From the IMG/VR virus record IMGVR_UViG_3300035212_001239, positions 1 through 62,458 of that record: a DNA stretch of 62,458 bases, one strand, 5' to 3'. The notes under the pieces are model-generated. The model did no database searches. It was not told the DNA's origin and was given only the letters and a program-made list of their open reading frames with translations. Made by a program: the position numbers and the translations under genes. Below, in pieces: positions 1 through 9,161 of this stretch. Within the stretch, counting starts at the first letter, position 1. Each line of letters begins with the position of its first letter. The stretch comes from a virus. Taxonomy: Duplodnaviria > Caudoviricetes.

Positions 1-122
1 CGCTGTGCAGCTCCTTCTTCAGCTTGGACTGCTGGGCCTGCGACAGCGGGCTGCCCTTCGACAGGAGGTAGCCCACCTGCTTCTTCGACTTGGTTTTGTT
101 CTTCATTGGTTGTTGGGGTTGG
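1..122. repeat. Terminal overlap block A, copy of 62077-62198
   Basis: Direct match with 3 substitutions (positions 38, 108, 109). Confidence 0.95.
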
Positions 123-2843
123 AGAAACGCCCACGGCGGGTTCGCTCGCCGCAGCGGTCGCGCCCGTGGGACTGTCGGAAACTTGAGGTGCCTGTTGAGC
201 ATTGTCGCGGGCGGCACGGATTCGCTGCAACCCAACGGCTGGGGTTTCAGCCGGGTCGTCGGGGTTCTCCATGCGCTGCCCGTTCCAATTCCACCCAGCA
301 TCGAGAAGCTGCTCAACGGCGGTTCCCACCCCGGATTGATCGAACACGCCTAACGCATCAATCCGCGAATCTCCCGTGGCGAGCTTGCCCGCTTTTTGAG
401 CAGCTTGAACCGTTTCTTCTGTGAGTGTCGGTTGAATCGGACTGCCGTCGGGGTTATGGGTGAATCCATACTGGTCGTCCCACGCCTGACGTGCGTTTCG
501 CCCTTCCCGGCCACCTTCTTGTGGTGGACGTGGCGGAGCATCCTCGGTCGCCTTTGGTGGCAGCACCTTGGAGGGGGTTTTGCTTCTAGGAGTCGGTGCC
601 GCATCCGGGGGTGCCGCCAGCTCCGGGGCGCGGTTCCTGAGATCGGCCTGCCGCTCCTCGGGGGAGAGCGCCGGGTTCGGCGGCAGGAGACCCCGGCGAT
701 TCATCTCGCGGTCTACTTCGGCATCGCTTCGCACCAGCACGGGCTGGGCGGCTCCGACAGGTTGCACTCCGGGCACCGCGGCGGGGGCTCCAGTTGGTCC
801 TTGAGCAGGAGCCACAGGCTGCGTGCCTCCCGGCGCGACAGGTGTAGGTGCTCCTGCAACAGGTGCTCCGCCGTCTTGCGGGGCGTTGGGCGGGGCTTGC
901 CCGGCAGGTGGAAGATTTGCCGCGCCTGACTGAGCTGCTTGGCGTCGTAGCCGCGATTCGGTTGCTTGGGTTCTGAGACGCTCACCGAGGGGTGTGCCGA
1001 CCCCGCCTTCGCGGCGAACGGCTTCGGCAAGGTTGAGGGTTGCTCGCAGTTTGATTTCATCGGTGGATTGTTCGTATGTCGGACTCTCATCCAAAGTTGC
1101 CCGGACGTTGCGGATGTCCTGGATCGCACCGAGTCCGACCACCGGACCTGACACGGCCAGCGTCACCTTTGCGGTGTCGATCATCTGCTTCTTGAAATCG
1201 TCCACCGTCATCGTCGGGTCGATCTTCGCCTGCACGCTCACGGCATCGAGCGCGGCAATCATGCCTTCCTCGAACTGCTCGGCGGTGACGCCTTTTGCAA
1301 GAGAGCCGCCGAATGCTTTCCACGCGCTGGCCGAGCTGTCACGGATCGCTTGCCTCGCGGCGGCCCCGGTGAACTTGCCCGCCACGTCTTCGAGACCCCC
1401 CGCGCCTGCTCCGCTGAAAACCATGGTGACCCCGGCCTCGATCAGACCGCTGCGAAGCGCGAGATCGAAAGCGCGATCCTCGGACATGCCGGAGTCGATT
1501 GCGCTCTCGTAGGTGGCCGCAGCGGTTTTGGCTCCCGCGAATCCAGCCACCGGCGACACTGCGATCGCACCGTTGGCGAACGTCGCCAGACGGGCTCCGG
1601 TCTTGCCCATCGACGCAATCTTGGCAACCGAGAACGGAGTCCCGGCACCAGCGGTCATCATCCCGATGCCGACCGCCTCCGCGACGCTGTAAGCACCGCT
1701 TCCGTAGGCCGCTGCGTCGGTGCCGAAGATCTCCGTTTTCGACTTGTTGAACTGCGAGGAGAGCTGGTTCACCAGCTCGATCTTCTTACGCATTTGGTTC
1801 ACCGCCGTCGGTTCCTTTTCGGGGTCGAAAGTTGGATCGAAACCGGCTGCAAGATTGACCATCAGGTCGCCGGTAGCCAACCCAGCAGCAGCAAAACCGC
1901 CGCCGAACTGTTCAGTGCGCGAGTCGTTCAGAGTCTTGACAACAGCTTGGAAGTTCGCGGCTTCCTCCTGCGGGGTCTTGCCGGGTTCAGCGATCCCCAG
2001 CTCCGTGGCCAACGCGGGAGACCCTTCCCGGACCCGCTTGAGCGTGGAGGCTTGGAACGCCTCGATCTTCTTCGGGAGATCCTTGACCAAGCCCTGCTTG
2101 ACCGACCAGGGGAGGTTGGAGTTGTTGATAGCGGCAGTGGCGGCTTCCGGCCCAGCGGCGATCACCTCGTCCTTGATGTGGGGAATCCCGAACGCATCGC
2201 GACTTACCGGCTCAGGTTGCAGGTTGAGCTGGTGCTTGACGACATCATCCACTTCCCAAGGCTCCAGATTGAAATCCGTGGCCAACTGGTTTCTCAGGGA
2301 CTCGTAAGCCTTCTTGCTGGTGAACTGGACCCCCGGTTCGCTCGGAAGTCCGATACCGAAATCCTCCACCACCGCATCCAGCCGAGGGCTTCCGAAGACG
2401 CCGCCGCGGGCTGCCGTCTCTTTCAGCGCATCCCATGCGGGTGCCATCTGCTCGGAGACCTTGGGGTCAAACAAGCTGCGGGTTTTGTCCAGCCGGGCGA
2501 GTCGGTCTTTCCGCTCTGCCTGCTGGGTAGCATACGCGCTTGCCGCAGTGGCTTGGTCGATTTTTCCGAGACGCTGTCCCTCGCGAAGCGTGAGCATGAA
2601 CTTGGCGTCTTCCGCACGGCTGTCGAGGAGCCGACGTTCCACCGGAGCAGCACTGTCCAACTTGGATTTCGTGTCGAGGTAATCCAACGCGATCTCGCGC
2701 TGCTTGACCGCATACTCCTCGTCGTCCGGGTTTTCCGTCTGGTAGTCGGACCAGTAGCGATCAGTGATCTCCCGCTGTTTGGCGGGTTCGAGGGCCTTGA
2801 ACTCGTCGCGCCGAGCGACATCGGTGAAAGCTGGCAGCGGCAT
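1..2843 (-). CDS. N-terminal part of giant polyvalent/internal virion protein; continues across the contig junction into 62458-54447 (~3,535 aa total)
   Basis: ATG at 2843 (MPLPAFTDVARRDEFK...) just after the stop of 2854..4170. The frame appears open to the window edge, so it is missing from the ORF track. It is in the same frame as ORF 54447..62441 through both terminal repeat blocks. Confidence 0.88.
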   Translation of the reverse strand, partial: MPLPAFTDVARRDEFKALEPAKQREITDRYWSDYQTENPDDEEYAVKQREIALDYLDTKSKLDSAAPVERRLLDSRAEDAKFMLTLREGQRLGKIDQATAASAYATQQAERKDRLARLDKTRSLFDPKVSEQMAPAWDALKETAARGGVFGSPRLDAVVEDFGIGLPSEPGVQFTSKKAYESLRNQLATDFNLEPWEVDDVVKHQLNLQPEPVSRDAFGIPHIKDEVIAAGPEAATAAINNSNLPWSVKQGLVKDLPKKIEAFQASTLKRVREGSPALATELGIAEPGKTPQEEAANFQAVVKTLNDSRTEQFGGGFAAAGLATGDLMVNLAAGFDPTFDPEKEPTAVNQMRKKIELVNQLSSQFNKSKTEIFGTDAAAYGSGAYSVAEAVGIGMMTAGAGTPFSVAKIASMGKTGARLATFANGAIAVSPVAGFAGAKTAAATYESAIDSGMSEDRAFDLALRSGLIEAGVTMVFSGAGAGGLEDVAGKFTGAAARQAIRDSSASAWKAFGGSLAKGVTAEQFEEGMIAALDAVSVQAKIDPTMTVDDFKKQMIDTAKVTLAVSGPVVGLGAIQDIRNVRATLDESPTYEQSTDEIKLRATLNLAEAVRREGGVGTPLGERLRTQATESRLRRQAAQSGAANLPPAGQAPPNAPQDGGAPVAGAPTPVAPGGTQPVAPAQGPTGAPAAVPGVQPVGAAQPVLVRSDAEVDREMNRRGLLPPNPALSPEERQADLRNRAPELAAPPDAAPTPRSKTPSKVLPPKATEDAPPRPPQEGGREGRNARQAWDDQYGFTHNPDGSPIQPTLTEETVQAAQKAGKLATGDSRIDALGVFDQSGVGTAVEQLLDAGWNWNGQRMENPDDPAETPAVGLQRIRAARDNAQQAPQVSDSPTGATAAASEPAVGVSPTPTTNEEQNQVEEAGGLPPVEGQPAVAGPAVQAEEGAAQ
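186..247. repeat. Terminal overlap block B, copy of 62397-62458
   Basis: Exact 62-bp direct match to the window end, indicating a circular assembly. Confidence 0.95.
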
Positions 2844-2853
2844 GAGTCGCAAC

Positions 2854-4170
2854 CTACAGACCCTTTAGTTGCTTGTCCAGCCAGTCCTGATTGCCCGGTG
2901 CCGGTGCCGGTGCCGGTGCCGGTGCCTTCGTCGGTGCCGGTGCCGGTGCCGTGGGTGCCGCACCTTCCGCACCTTTGCGACCAGTATTGCGAGCGTCGTT
3001 CCAGAGCTTCTTGCGTTTGGTCACCACTGCGGTGGGTAGCTTTGCGATTTCGGCTTTGATCTCCTCGGCCGTCTTGGCGACCCACTTGTCTTTCTCCCAC
3101 TTTTCCGGAGCAATCATTTTTGCGACGTAGTCGTCTGCGGTTTCAGAATCCAACGCAGCCTGAAGCTCAACCGCCGGACGGTTGGCGTCCATTGCCTGCG
3201 CTTGCGCCAACGCCGTATCCCGCGCTTCTTTGGGCATCGACGAAGGGACGTAAGAGCTTGCGGGTGGAAACGCCGCAGCATCAGACAGGACCAGTAATTC
3301 CACGGCCTCAGTTGCCTCCTTGCGAGATTGCTCCGCCGCCTCGGCAGCCTTCTTCTCCGCAGCCTCCTGCTGTTGGCGCGTCTGGCCCTCCTTGTAGATG
3401 TCCAGCCGCTCGCGGGACATGAGCTGGGCGGGCGTCATGCCCTCGGTGCCGATACCCAACCGGCGAAGCTCGCCTCGGAGTCGAGCAGCTTCCCCTGTTG
3501 CGGCGGTGAACTCTGGAGCGTTGCCGACCCGCTGGGCCGCTACAGCTCGGATCTCGGCTTGCGCCAGACGCTCTTCGATCGATCCAGCCGCAGCCGGTGC
3601 GGCAGGTGCGGGAGTGGTGCCGGTCATCGGAGCGGGCAAAGGGCTACCGGGAGCCGATGGGGCTACGGGGGAGAACAAGGACTCGGGCGACATGCGGGAC
3701 GGCGCGGCCGCAGCCCCGGTGGCCGACGGCTGGGCGAGGATGTCGCGGCTGAACTGCTCGTCCTGACGACGCTTCTCCATCGCCAGATCGGTTTCTTCCC
3801 GTTTGAGATTATAGTCTCGGTTGGACTCGTTCACGTTGAACAGGTCCATCGCCATCTGGCGCTGCTCCTGCCGCGCCTGATCGGCGTTCACGTCGGCGAA
3901 CTGCCGGTCGGATGTAAAGACATCGCGGGCGAAGTTGCGGTCGGTGTTGGCCTGCTGCATGGCCACCTCGCCCCGGCGCTGCATCAAGTCCTCCATCCGC
4001 TTGCGCTCGCCGAGGAAGTCGCGCTCCTGGGCGAACTGATTATTGGCAGTGTCGCGCCCCACCTGGATCACGTTGTTGAGCGCGGACGCGAGCGCGTTTT
4101 GCCCGCCCTGGAGGAACTGGGCGATGCCGCTGCCTTGAGCTTGGAACAGTGAGATCGGGGTGAGGGCCAT
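2854..4170 (-). CDS. Putative internal virion (ejection) protein
   Basis: 438 aa, Ala/Gln-rich and helical with AP repeats; lies directly upstream of the giant protein. Confidence 0.65.
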   Translation of the reverse strand: MALTPISLFQAQGSGIAQFLQGGQNALASALNNVIQVGRDTANNQFAQERDFLGERKRMEDLMQRRGEVAMQQANTDRNFARDVFTSDRQFADVNADQARQEQRQMAMDLFNVNESNRDYNLKREETDLAMEKRRQDEQFSRDILAQPSATGAAAAPSRMSPESLFSPVAPSAPGSPLPAPMTGTTPAPAAPAAAGSIEERLAQAEIRAVAAQRVGNAPEFTAATGEAARLRGELRRLGIGTEGMTPAQLMSRERLDIYKEGQTRQQQEAAEKKAAEAAEQSRKEATEAVELLVLSDAAAFPPASSYVPSSMPKEARDTALAQAQAMDANRPAVELQAALDSETADDYVAKMIAPEKWEKDKWVAKTAEEIKAEIAKLPTAVVTKRKKLWNDARNTGRKGAEGAAPTAPAPAPTKAPAPAPAPAPGNQDWLDKQLKGL

Positions 4171-4172
4171 GA

Positions 4173-5021
4173 TTATTCTCCGGTGATGAGTCTGCGAGCT
4201 GCTGCGTCGGCCTTATTAAACCGATTCTGAAGCCCTTGGCGAAACTTTTTCCTCGACGACCGGCCCTTGTCCACTTCCTCCCACTCGTAGGATTGCCGAG
4301 CCGCGCTGAACTTATCCAGTGCCGCCGGGTCTTTTGACAGGGTGCCGATCAACTCGCCGTAGTCCTTCGCTTCAGAACCCGTGGCTCGCTGAAGAACTCG
4401 GCGGAGACCTCCTTCGCCCCGGTGGTGGACCGTGTCGGCAAGCTGGAGTTGAAGCCCTGCGTTGTCGGTGAAGCGGGTGAACGGAGCTGACCGGCGGCGG
4501 TAGAAGTCCTTGGCCTCGGCCTCGGCTTGGTCAGTCTGGCCAGACTCCACCAGCGCTTTGAGACGGGCGGCTTCCTTCGGTTGGAACCGGGCGGTGATCC
4601 CGGCCACCTCGAACGATCCGCCGCCGTCACCTGATGGAGGAGTGTAGACCTGCAAGCGACCCTTGGCATCCCGCCGGGCTTCGGACTGAAAGATGAAGTC
4701 CTCCGGGCTGCTCGGCGCAGATCCCAGCGGGGCGTCGTAGATTCCCATGTCCGGGTATTCACCGGGGACGCTGGAGCGAGCCGCACCGGGTGCCGGGGAG
4801 TTGGACTGCTTCGGCATCGAGAACAGGTCAGCCCCACGCTCGGGATCGAACAGGCTCTTCGGAGTGAAGCCCCCCGGCTCAGAGGATTCTTCCGGGGCTT
4901 CGCGTTCCATCGCCTGCGAGCGGGCGACCACCGATCCGTTGAAAATCTCCGCGACCGGAACCCCGGAGAAATCCATGATTCGTCCGGGGTCCGGGGAAAA
5001 GATTTCGATGGGTCGGATCAC
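4173..5021 (-). CDS. Virion-associated lysozyme-like peptidoglycan hydrolase (GH108-like)
   Basis: C-terminal domain EARRD..GRLQVY..PSGDGGGSFEVAGIT...LADTVHHRGEGG..RVLQRA..GLQNR resembles GH108-type muramidases; located among ejection genes. Confidence 0.6.
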   Translation of the reverse strand: MIRPIEIFSPDPGRIMDFSGVPVAEIFNGSVVARSQAMEREAPEESSEPGGFTPKSLFDPERGADLFSMPKQSNSPAPGAARSSVPGEYPDMGIYDAPLGSAPSSPEDFIFQSEARRDAKGRLQVYTPPSGDGGGSFEVAGITARFQPKEAARLKALVESGQTDQAEAEAKDFYRRRSAPFTRFTDNAGLQLQLADTVHHRGEGGLRRVLQRATGSEAKDYGELIGTLSKDPAALDKFSAARQSYEWEEVDKGRSSRKKFRQGLQNRFNKADAAARRLITGE

Positions 5022-6079
5022 TTCGCGTAGTTGATGTCAGGACGTTCGGACGCCGACCGACCGCCGATGACGCCGGGTTGATTGTAGCCGCCCTGTTGGC
5101 TAGGCGGACCATAGTAATTGACATTCGCCGCTGCACCAATCGGGTCACCGATCGCCTGCGCGACGGACTTGACCATCGGCTCCAAGATCGCCGCGTAGTT
5201 GGGGACGAAGGTGTTGACCAAGGTCGCCTTGTTCGCTTGGAACTGGAGGCGGGTGATGACCTTCTGGATCTTCGTCTGAAGCTCGGCCATCAGGTGCGGT
5301 GCCTTCTGCGCCTGCTGGTTGTAGAGGTTCTGGAGGCTGTTCTGGATGAGCTGCGCCTGGGTGAGCGCGAGCGCAATGCGCTGGGCGGGCGTCTGCACCA
5401 TGTCGCGGATGTCGCCGAGGCGGGACAGCGGCGAGACCGACTGCGAGATGAACGAGTGGTGCCCGCGAAGCTCCTCGCGGCCAGCCGCCTGCGACCGCAA
5501 CTTGGAAAGCCCGAGGTCACGCGCCGTTGTGCGGCGGGTCGCCCCGATGCGTCCGGTGAGTGCTGCCAGCTCCGCGTTGTCGGTGAGGATCTCGACCACG
5601 TCGCCGACCGGCAGCTTGCCGCGCAGCAGGTCGCTGATCTGCACCGACGCGAGATCCATGCTGACGAGGAACCGGGGGTCGAACGTGATCGCCCGCACGA
5701 TCGAACTCTGCTCGTGATAGCGGCTCAGGGACGAAGCGTAGACATCCGCCCGAGGCATGGTCGCGATGTTGCACTCGATGGTCGCACGCTGGATGCAGCA
5801 GGCATCGATCGGGACATACTCGGCGGCCTGCGGCACGTCCGGGTAGGCGTCGTCGAAGAGAGGGATCAAGGCGTCGATGCCGTTGATGTATTGGCTGACC
5901 GCTGCGTCGAGGAAAGACCGCTGCTGGCCGACGATGCTGTCGTAGTCGGACTTCTGCTTCTCCATGAGCAGGATGTTCGCGGCGGCTTGAATCCCCGGCA
6001 CGAGGAGAGCCTGCGCCCAGGAGAACACGTTGGACCCGGCGTAAATTGTGGCGGCGGCGGCAGCATCGTAACTTCCCAT
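5018..6079 (-). CDS. Putative internal virion protein
   Basis: Start re-called at ATG 6079 (MGSYDAAAA), just after the upstream stop; Gln/Ala-rich helical protein; position in the late operon. Confidence 0.6.
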   Translation of the reverse strand: MGSYDAAAAATIYAGSNVFSWAQALLVPGIQAAANILLMEKQKSDYDSIVGQQRSFLDAAVSQYINGIDALIPLFDDAYPDVPQAAEYVPIDACCIQRATIECNIATMPRADVYASSLSRYHEQSSIVRAITFDPRFLVSMDLASVQISDLLRGKLPVGDVVEILTDNAELAALTGRIGATRRTTARDLGLSKLRSQAAGREELRGHHSFISQSVSPLSRLGDIRDMVQTPAQRIALALTQAQLIQNSLQNLYNQQAQKAPHLMAELQTKIQKVITRLQFQANKATLVNTFVPNYAAILEPMVKSVAQAIGDPIGAAANVNYYGPPSQQGGYNQPGVIGGRSASERPDINYAK

Positions 6080-6083
6080 GACT

Positions 6084-6530
6084 TTAGTTCTTGAGGTGTT
6101 TAACGTAAACGACTTCCTGCCGCTCGAAACCGAGGCTGCGCCAGAACGGGCCAATCCCACGGCTGCCGCGGTATTCCCACGACGAGGCGATGATGGCGTC
6201 CCGGCGATGAACCTCGCAGTATTTCTCGATGACGTTCTTGAACGCGGCGGCGGTTTCCGGCTTCAACCGGTCCTCCTCTAGCGAGTAGACGAAGTTGACG
6301 TAGATCAACTCCTCCTTCGTGGCGAGGCCCGGATAGCGTCCGAAGATGATGACCTGCCGTGGCGACTCGACGTTGTCCACGTAGGCATCCATCGTCTGCG
6401 TGATGTAGCCCTGCGCCAGCCGCTCAAGGCAGTGCTCGACGGTCGTCCGCTCGGCGCACGAGGACTCGCCGATGAACGCCCGGATGAGGGGCGCGATCGC
6501 GGTCAACTTGGACTGGGGGAGCGGGATCAT
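6084..6530 (-). CDS. GNAT-fold acetyltransferase-like protein
   Basis: C-terminal GIGPFWRSLGFERQEVVYVKHL; usual position between tail and ejection genes in podoviruses. Confidence 0.55.
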   Translation of the reverse strand: MIPLPQSKLTAIAPLIRAFIGESSCAERTTVEHCLERLAQGYITQTMDAYVDNVESPRQVIIFGRYPGLATKEELIYVNFVYSLEEDRLKPETAAAFKNVIEKYCEVHRRDAIIASSWEYRGSRGIGPFWRSLGFERQEVVYVKHLKN

Positions 6531-7525
6531 CGGTAGCCGGGAAGGTGCTTGGTGCGGCGGGGCAGCGGACGGCCCTTGTAGGGCGTGTTGTCCTGAATGG
6601 CGTGCCCGCGGTGCCGGGAGACCAGACCGTTGAGGTAGTTGGCCATCTCGGTCTTGTGATACGCCGCGGTGCGGATTTCAGCCGCCTCCGTGGTGTTCTC
6701 GCCATATTTGAAGAAGCGGGCGGCGGACTCGATCACGAGCTGGTCGCCGACCTCGACGATGTCGGAGTCGAAGTAGACCGGCTTGAAGCGGCGGGTGCCC
6801 TGGATCTTGACCGCGCCGGACGGGCAGGTGCTTGCGATCTTGAACCGGCGGTAGCTCGGCACCGTCTCGTCGGGGGAGTAAATCGACAGCTCGTAGCCGT
6901 CCTGCTGGGCCAGCGTGACCGAGCCGATGCGGCCGATCGGCAGCGCGACGCTGCGGATCTCGCGGACCCGCTCCTCGACGGTCACCCAGCCACCGGCTGC
7001 CAGCTCGAAGTCGAGCTTGCGGAGCTTCCAGTCACCGTCGATGACCTCGATGACGACGTGCTTGCCAGCGTCTTCGTCCCGCTCGCACCACACCTTGAGG
7101 GCGCAGATGCTGTTCGGGTCGCGCTCGGTGGAGAACTGCTCGGCCATCTCGATCACCTCGACCCTGGGGCCGACGGTTCCGAGACCCATCATCGCCTCGC
7201 GCCAGCGGGAGCGGATCTTGAGCGCGTCGCCCGACGACCACACGGCTTCGACCGCTGCGACATCTGCCGGGAGCGTGAAGCCTTGGTAGGTGTCCGGGTC
7301 CGAGCAGGTGCCGGTGGCGCACCGCTCGCGGAACTCCGAGATGCAGATGCAGTGGAAGACATTGCCGAAGAGCTTGAAGTCCTCGTAGCTGTTGAACAGC
7401 AGGTTCCGATACTTGTTGAGGTAGCTGACCACCTCCGGGCGGTCTTCCGGCCAGCGCAAGCCTTTCGCCGCGGCGAGAATCGGCCCTGCGCGGTCAACGG
7501 TGGTTGGGTCCAGTCCGATGCTCAT
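6527..7525 (-). CDS. Putative tail adaptor / tail tubular protein A-like
   Basis: Start re-called at 7525 (MSIGLDP, ATGA overlap with upstream stop); synteny; 7 Cys. Confidence 0.5.
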   Translation of the reverse strand: MSIGLDPTTVDRAGPILAAAKGLRWPEDRPEVVSYLNKYRNLLFNSYEDFKLFGNVFHCICISEFRERCATGTCSDPDTYQGFTLPADVAAVEAVWSSGDALKIRSRWREAMMGLGTVGPRVEVIEMAEQFSTERDPNSICALKVWCERDEDAGKHVVIEVIDGDWKLRKLDFELAAGGWVTVEERVREIRSVALPIGRIGSVTLAQQDGYELSIYSPDETVPSYRRFKIASTCPSGAVKIQGTRRFKPVYFDSDIVEVGDQLVIESAARFFKYGENTTEAAEIRTAAYHKTEMANYLNGLVSRHRGHAIQDNTPYKGRPLPRRTKHLPGYR

Positions 7526-7752
7526 GTCCAGGAAGTGCCGTTGAAGGTTTTCATCGCACCGACCGGAGACCCGTAGGCGTCGGTCGGCTGCCACCGTTTC
7601 GAGGTATCGAAAGGAGCGGTGGCACCAAAGTAGACCAGCTCGACGCCGGGGTCGAGCTTGACCGTGAAGCTGCGGGCCAGGTCAATGAGCTGCTCCGCCG
7701 TGAAGTGGTTCAGGGCGGGCGCGTTCTGCTTCAAGCGGAGCTGGAGTTCCAT
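7522..7752 (-). CDS. Small virion-module protein
   Basis: MELQLRLKQ..., 76 aa, overlapping both neighbouring genes. Confidence 0.6.
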   Translation of the reverse strand: MELQLRLKQNAPALNHFTAEQLIDLARSFTVKLDPGVELVYFGATAPFDTSKRWQPTDAYGSPVGAMKTFNGTSWT

Positions 7753-9161
7753 CGGTCGGCGGCGGGTGAGGAGTTGATCTCGAAAAAGTCTCGTTCCGGC
7801 GCTCCGATCACCGAGCACTGGTGCCTTCCAGACTTGACGGTTCCGGGGCTGAAATCAAGGTCAATCACCCGGATCTCAGCGGCCCCGAGGCCCTCGACGC
7901 GGATTTGGAACCATGTCGCCTCGCGGCAGGCGGCAGGCGGCTGGCCAAGCGGTTCCGAGAGGAGGTAGCTCTGGTTCGCCATCTTGACCTTGTCGCAGGG
8001 AGCGAACTCCTTCCAGACCTTCCACGCGGTGTTGAGGTCGGTGCGGATCAGCACCCGCACCCGCTGCGACGACTCGCCGAACACGCCCTCAAGGCGACCC
8101 TCACGAACCGTCTTGAGCGTGGCCAGCCCGTCGAAGGCAAACCGGCCCGTCTCGAAGGACCACTCGATCGGCAGATGGACGCCGTCCCGGAAGTCTTTCA
8201 ACGCATCGCGATTGATCGATGCGAAGTAGAGTTTCCCGGCCCGGTCGGACACCACCGCGCCGAAGCTGCCCGGCATCGGAACCACCGTTGCGTCGCCGAG
8301 CCAGTGGGCTCCTGCGATGCCATTGTCGAAAGTCCAGAGACCCTCCCACACCGGCGACGGCGTCCGGTCTTCGGTGAACGTGGTCGCCTGGTTCCAGACC
8401 ACCATGCCGCGACCGGCGGCGGTGGCCGTGACCTCGCTGGCAACGAGCCCGGTGGTCGCCATCATGCGGCTCCCTTCGAGCCAGTGACCGGCGGCGGCTC
8501 CGCGCAGCAGGACCGGCAGATCCTTCTCCAGAATCGGGTCCACATCCTGTGAGATCCGGTTGGTCTGCTCGGTGTTGAAGCTGCCCTCGCCGATCGTGGT
8601 TTTGAGGAAGTGCAGACCGAAGGCAGACCGGAAGAAGTGATCGCGGGTCAGCACGGCGACCGCGTAGCGGCCGGTGGCACTCACCCGGTTGAGGAGGTGG
8701 TTGACGAGACGTTTGGTGTCCCAGCCCTTCTGGATGATGGCACCCTTGCCGTCGATCCGCGTCTCCCTCGGCGACTCGAAGGTGTTGAAAGACACCACGC
8801 CATTCTCGTAGTAGGCGATCAGATCGCCCTCGCCATTGGCCGTGCTCATGGTCGGCAGGACCGCCATCGCGGTGATCCGCCCGAGACGGCTGGGGGCCGA
8901 GAGCGGGTCGCTGTGCGCCAGGGTGCATTGCTCCTCCATGAGAAGCACGTCCTCGGTGCTGGCGTGCCCGCGCTTGTGGATCATGTCCCCGACGTAGATC
9001 AGGCGACCGACCTGCTGGTGGACCCGCCCGTGGGCGTAGATGCCCAGCCCCGCGCCGTTGGCGAGCCAGTTGGAGAACTTCGCGGAGTCGAAGGTGTCGT
9101 GAGTGGACTCCACCACGACCTGTGCTTCGTCTCCGCCTCCGATTGCAAAGGTGTCACTCAT
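7731..9161 (-). CDS. Tail nozzle / stabilisation protein (tubular B-like), C-terminal half
   Basis: Beta-rich; motifs GIYAHGRV..IYVGD, GRITAMAVLP..GEGDL, WEGLWT, IEWSFET, WFQIRV resemble podoviral nozzle proteins; start MSDTF at 9161. Confidence 0.6.
   Translation of the reverse strand: MSDTFAIGGGDEAQVVVESTHDTFDSAKFSNWLANGAGLGIYAHGRVHQQVGRLIYVGDMIHKRGHASTEDVLLMEEQCTLAHSDPLSAPSRLGRITAMAVLPTMSTANGEGDLIAYYENGVVSFNTFESPRETRIDGKGAIIQKGWDTKRLVNHLLNRVSATGRYAVAVLTRDHFFRSAFGLHFLKTTIGEGSFNTEQTNRISQDVDPILEKDLPVLLRGAAAGHWLEGSRMMATTGLVASEVTATAAGRGMVVWNQATTFTEDRTPSPVWEGLWTFDNGIAGAHWLGDATVVPMPGSFGAVVSDRAGKLYFASINRDALKDFRDGVHLPIEWSFETGRFAFDGLATLKTVREGRLEGVFGESSQRVRVLIRTDLNTAWKVWKEFAPCDKVKMANQSYLLSEPLGQPPAACREATWFQIRVEGLGAAEIRVIDLDFSPGTVKSGRHQCSVIGAPERDFFEINSSPAADRWNSSSA

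Noticed and set aside
1-247. True physical direct terminal repeats
   Set aside because: The overlap falls mid-gene and has two different internal spacers; an assembly break at a strain bubble is more parsimonious.
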